From: an uncultured Candidatus Marinamargulisbacteria bacterium
GTDB taxonomy: Bacteria > Margulisbacteria > Marinamargulisbacteria > GCA-2716485 > CALLLO01
DNA: 33,510 bases
NCBI GenBank assembly: GCA_938082985.1
Contig: CALLLO010000112.1
Location: 1 to 33,510, forward strand
Direction of reading: 5' to 3'
Part shown: one piece after another, positions 31,877-33,510 of the stretch
Numbering within the stretch: position 1 is the first letter of the stretch
How the letters are laid out: each line of letters starts with the position of its first letter
Position numbers and translations under genes: made by a program
The notes under the pieces: model-generated
The model's database searches: none
What the model was told of the DNA's origin: nothing
The model's input: only the letters and a program-made list of their open reading frames with translations

Positions 31877-33253
31877 ATGAGAACAAGTATTTTTGATTTA
31901 TTTTATATTGGCATTGGTCCGTCGAGCTCACACACCATTGGTCCTATGCGTGCAGCCAAGCGTTTTGTTGTAGATATAGAGACGTCCGGATTATTAGCCG
32001 AAGTGGCGACAGTTAATATTTTCTTATATGGTTCCTTAGCTTTAACGGGTATCGGACATCATACTGATAAGGCCCTACTTTTAGGGCTTTTGGGTGAAGA
32101 GCCTGAAACGGTAGATACGCTTACTATAAATAAGCGCGTAAAAACAATTACAGACAATGGGAGGCTTCTCCTTTTGGGTAAACAGGTGATATCTTTTTAT
32201 CCTTCTTCAGATATTTCCTTTTTAAAAAGAGAACGGATGATGCACCATTCAAATGGACTGTATTTTATAGCGAGAGACGATACTGGAGTCATTTTGAAAG
32301 AAGAAAAAATGTACTCGGTGGGGGGTGGTTTTGTTATGACGCAAGAAGAAATTTCTAAGAAGTTTATTTCTCATCTAGGTCACGATGCTAATGTGATTAA
32401 CCCCTTTCGTACGGGTAAAGACCTTTTAGATTTATGCATAAGTAAAAACAAGAGCATTGCCGATATTATGTTAGAAAATGAAATGCAAAGACATAGCAAA
32501 GAAGAGATCGAGGCGTACATAGATAGCTTATGGGCGGTTATGCAGGAGACGATAGACAGAGGGCTTAATACGACAGGTATATTACCTGGGGGGCTCAAAA
32601 TAGAAAGGCGCGCCCCAGATTTATTTAAGAAGCTTAAGACTAACTTTATGCCTGACGGAGGTGCCGAAGTTTTAGATTGGTTATCTGTATATTCTATAGC
32701 AACAAACGAAGAAAACGCCTGTGGGGGACGTGTCGTTACGGCCCCAACTAATGGATCTGCAGGAATCATTCCGGCTGTACTTAAATATTATGATAAGTTT
32801 TGTAAGCCATTAGATAAACAATCTTTATATACATTTTTTCTTACGGCAGGAGCGATAGGCTTTTTATATAAAGAAAATGCGTCGATATCTGGGGCTGAGA
32901 TGGGCTGCCAAGGTGAAGTCGGTGTAGCCTGTTCTATGGCAGCAGCGGGTCTCGCTGCTTTATTAGGTGGGTCTCCAGCGAATATTGAATGTGCGGCTGA
33001 GATTGGCATGGAGCATAACCTCGGTCTTACGTGTGACCCTATTAAAGGGCTTGTTCAAATCCCGTGCATAGAACGTAATAGTATGGGGGCTGTAAAAGCA
33101 GTAAATGCGGCTCGGTTAGCTTTAAAAAGAACGGATCAAAAAATTTCTTTGGACCGTGTCATTCAGACAATGAAAGAAACCGGTGAAGATATGAAAGCTA
33201 AATACAAAGAAACATCGAAGGGTGGTTTAGCCTTACATAAAGTCGCGTGTTAA
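31877..33253 (+). CDS. sdaA: L-serine ammonia-lyase (iron-sulfur-dependent L-serine dehydratase, single chain)
   Basis: The N-terminus is SIFDLFYIGIGPSSSHTIGPMRAA. The Cys-containing motifs SGAEMGCQGEVGVACSMAA and CDPIKGLVQIPCIERN are present. The protein is 458 aa. Confidence 0.9.
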   Translation: MRTSIFDLFYIGIGPSSSHTIGPMRAAKRFVVDIETSGLLAEVATVNIFLYGSLALTGIGHHTDKALLLGLLGEEPETVDTLTINKRVKTITDNGRLLLLGKQVISFYPSSDISFLKRERMMHHSNGLYFIARDDTGVILKEEKMYSVGGGFVMTQEEISKKFISHLGHDANVINPFRTGKDLLDLCISKNKSIADIMLENEMQRHSKEEIEAYIDSLWAVMQETIDRGLNTTGILPGGLKIERRAPDLFKKLKTNFMPDGGAEVLDWLSVYSIATNEENACGGRVVTAPTNGSAGIIPAVLKYYDKFCKPLDKQSLYTFFLTAGAIGFLYKENASISGAEMGCQGEVGVACSMAAAGLAALLGGSPANIECAAEIGMEHNLGLTCDPIKGLVQIPCIERNSMGAVKAVNAARLALKRTDQKISLDRVIQTMKETGEDMKAKYKETSKGGLALHKVAC

Positions 33254-33510
33254 TCGCACTCTAATACTTGTTGAATATAAAGGGTTTGGATACATATAAG
33301 TTGGCGCCTATTTGCATCGCAACTTGGATATCAGAATATTGAGATAGAGCACTGAACATAATAATGGGTATGTGAATAACAAGTTGCCACATGGTGTATA
33401 TGCGATGTACCACATCTAGGTTACTGGACGCGGAGGCCTTACTTACACATGTTTTAAAAAGATTGGGACGGTAGCCAGAGACTTATCGAATTTTAGTCAT
33501 CTTAATAAAA

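Noticed and set aside
1-33510. CRISPR arrays, tandem repeat arrays, rRNA, reverse transcriptase/retron or DGR-like template/variable repeat pairs
   Set aside because: No regularly spaced direct repeats, rRNA-like sequence or RT motifs were seen on either strand by visual inspection. A computational repeat scan would be needed to exclude short or degenerate arrays.
33254-33510. Non-coding tail after sdaA with a bulged hairpin (AAGTTGgCG...CGCAACTT) and a 35-codon hydrophobic minus-strand ORF
   Set aside because: There is no T-run, SD or recognisable family. The window ends here, so the context is missing.

Overview
This is a compact, AT-rich bacterial chromosomal segment that uses the standard genetic code. 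UGA is a stop: prfB is present and carries its UGA-dependent +1 frameshift site. Most of the window is housekeeping: recJ, mltG, tRNA-Val, yebC, ftsK, a CspA-family gene, secA-prfB (linked as in Bacillota), rnc, a GNAT, an LMW-PTP, tRNA-Gln, an SDR, DUF2237, a HEAT-repeat protein, an ABC exporter, a DEDDy exonuclease, an S1/wHTH protein, an SbtA-like permease, a GT9 heptosyltransferase and sdaA. Gene packing is extreme. Start and stop codons overlap, and convergent genes sit 0-1 nt apart or overlap by 25 nt. Many genes have a -10 box 6-7 nt from the start codon and no Shine-Dalgarno, which suggests leaderless mRNAs. There are two decayed accessory patches. The first is tRNA-Gln-proximal (about 20.7-22.9 kb) and holds a duplicated 5' fragment of the ABC exporter and another gene remnant. 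The second (about 29.9-31.9 kb) holds a small orphan ORF, an internally deleted IS4-family element with inverted repeats, a prepilin gene with a nonsense codon in its leader, and a minor-pilin remnant. The best candidate for an undescribed system is the translationally coupled pair at 3453-9130 (minus strand). It encodes a 1121-aa acidic repeat protein ending in a T9SS-type/FlgD-Ig-like C-terminal domain, followed by a protein that fuses a PorV/FadL-like beta-barrel to Ig-like spacers and C-terminal SLH repeats. All family assignments come from motif recognition by eye; no searches were run.
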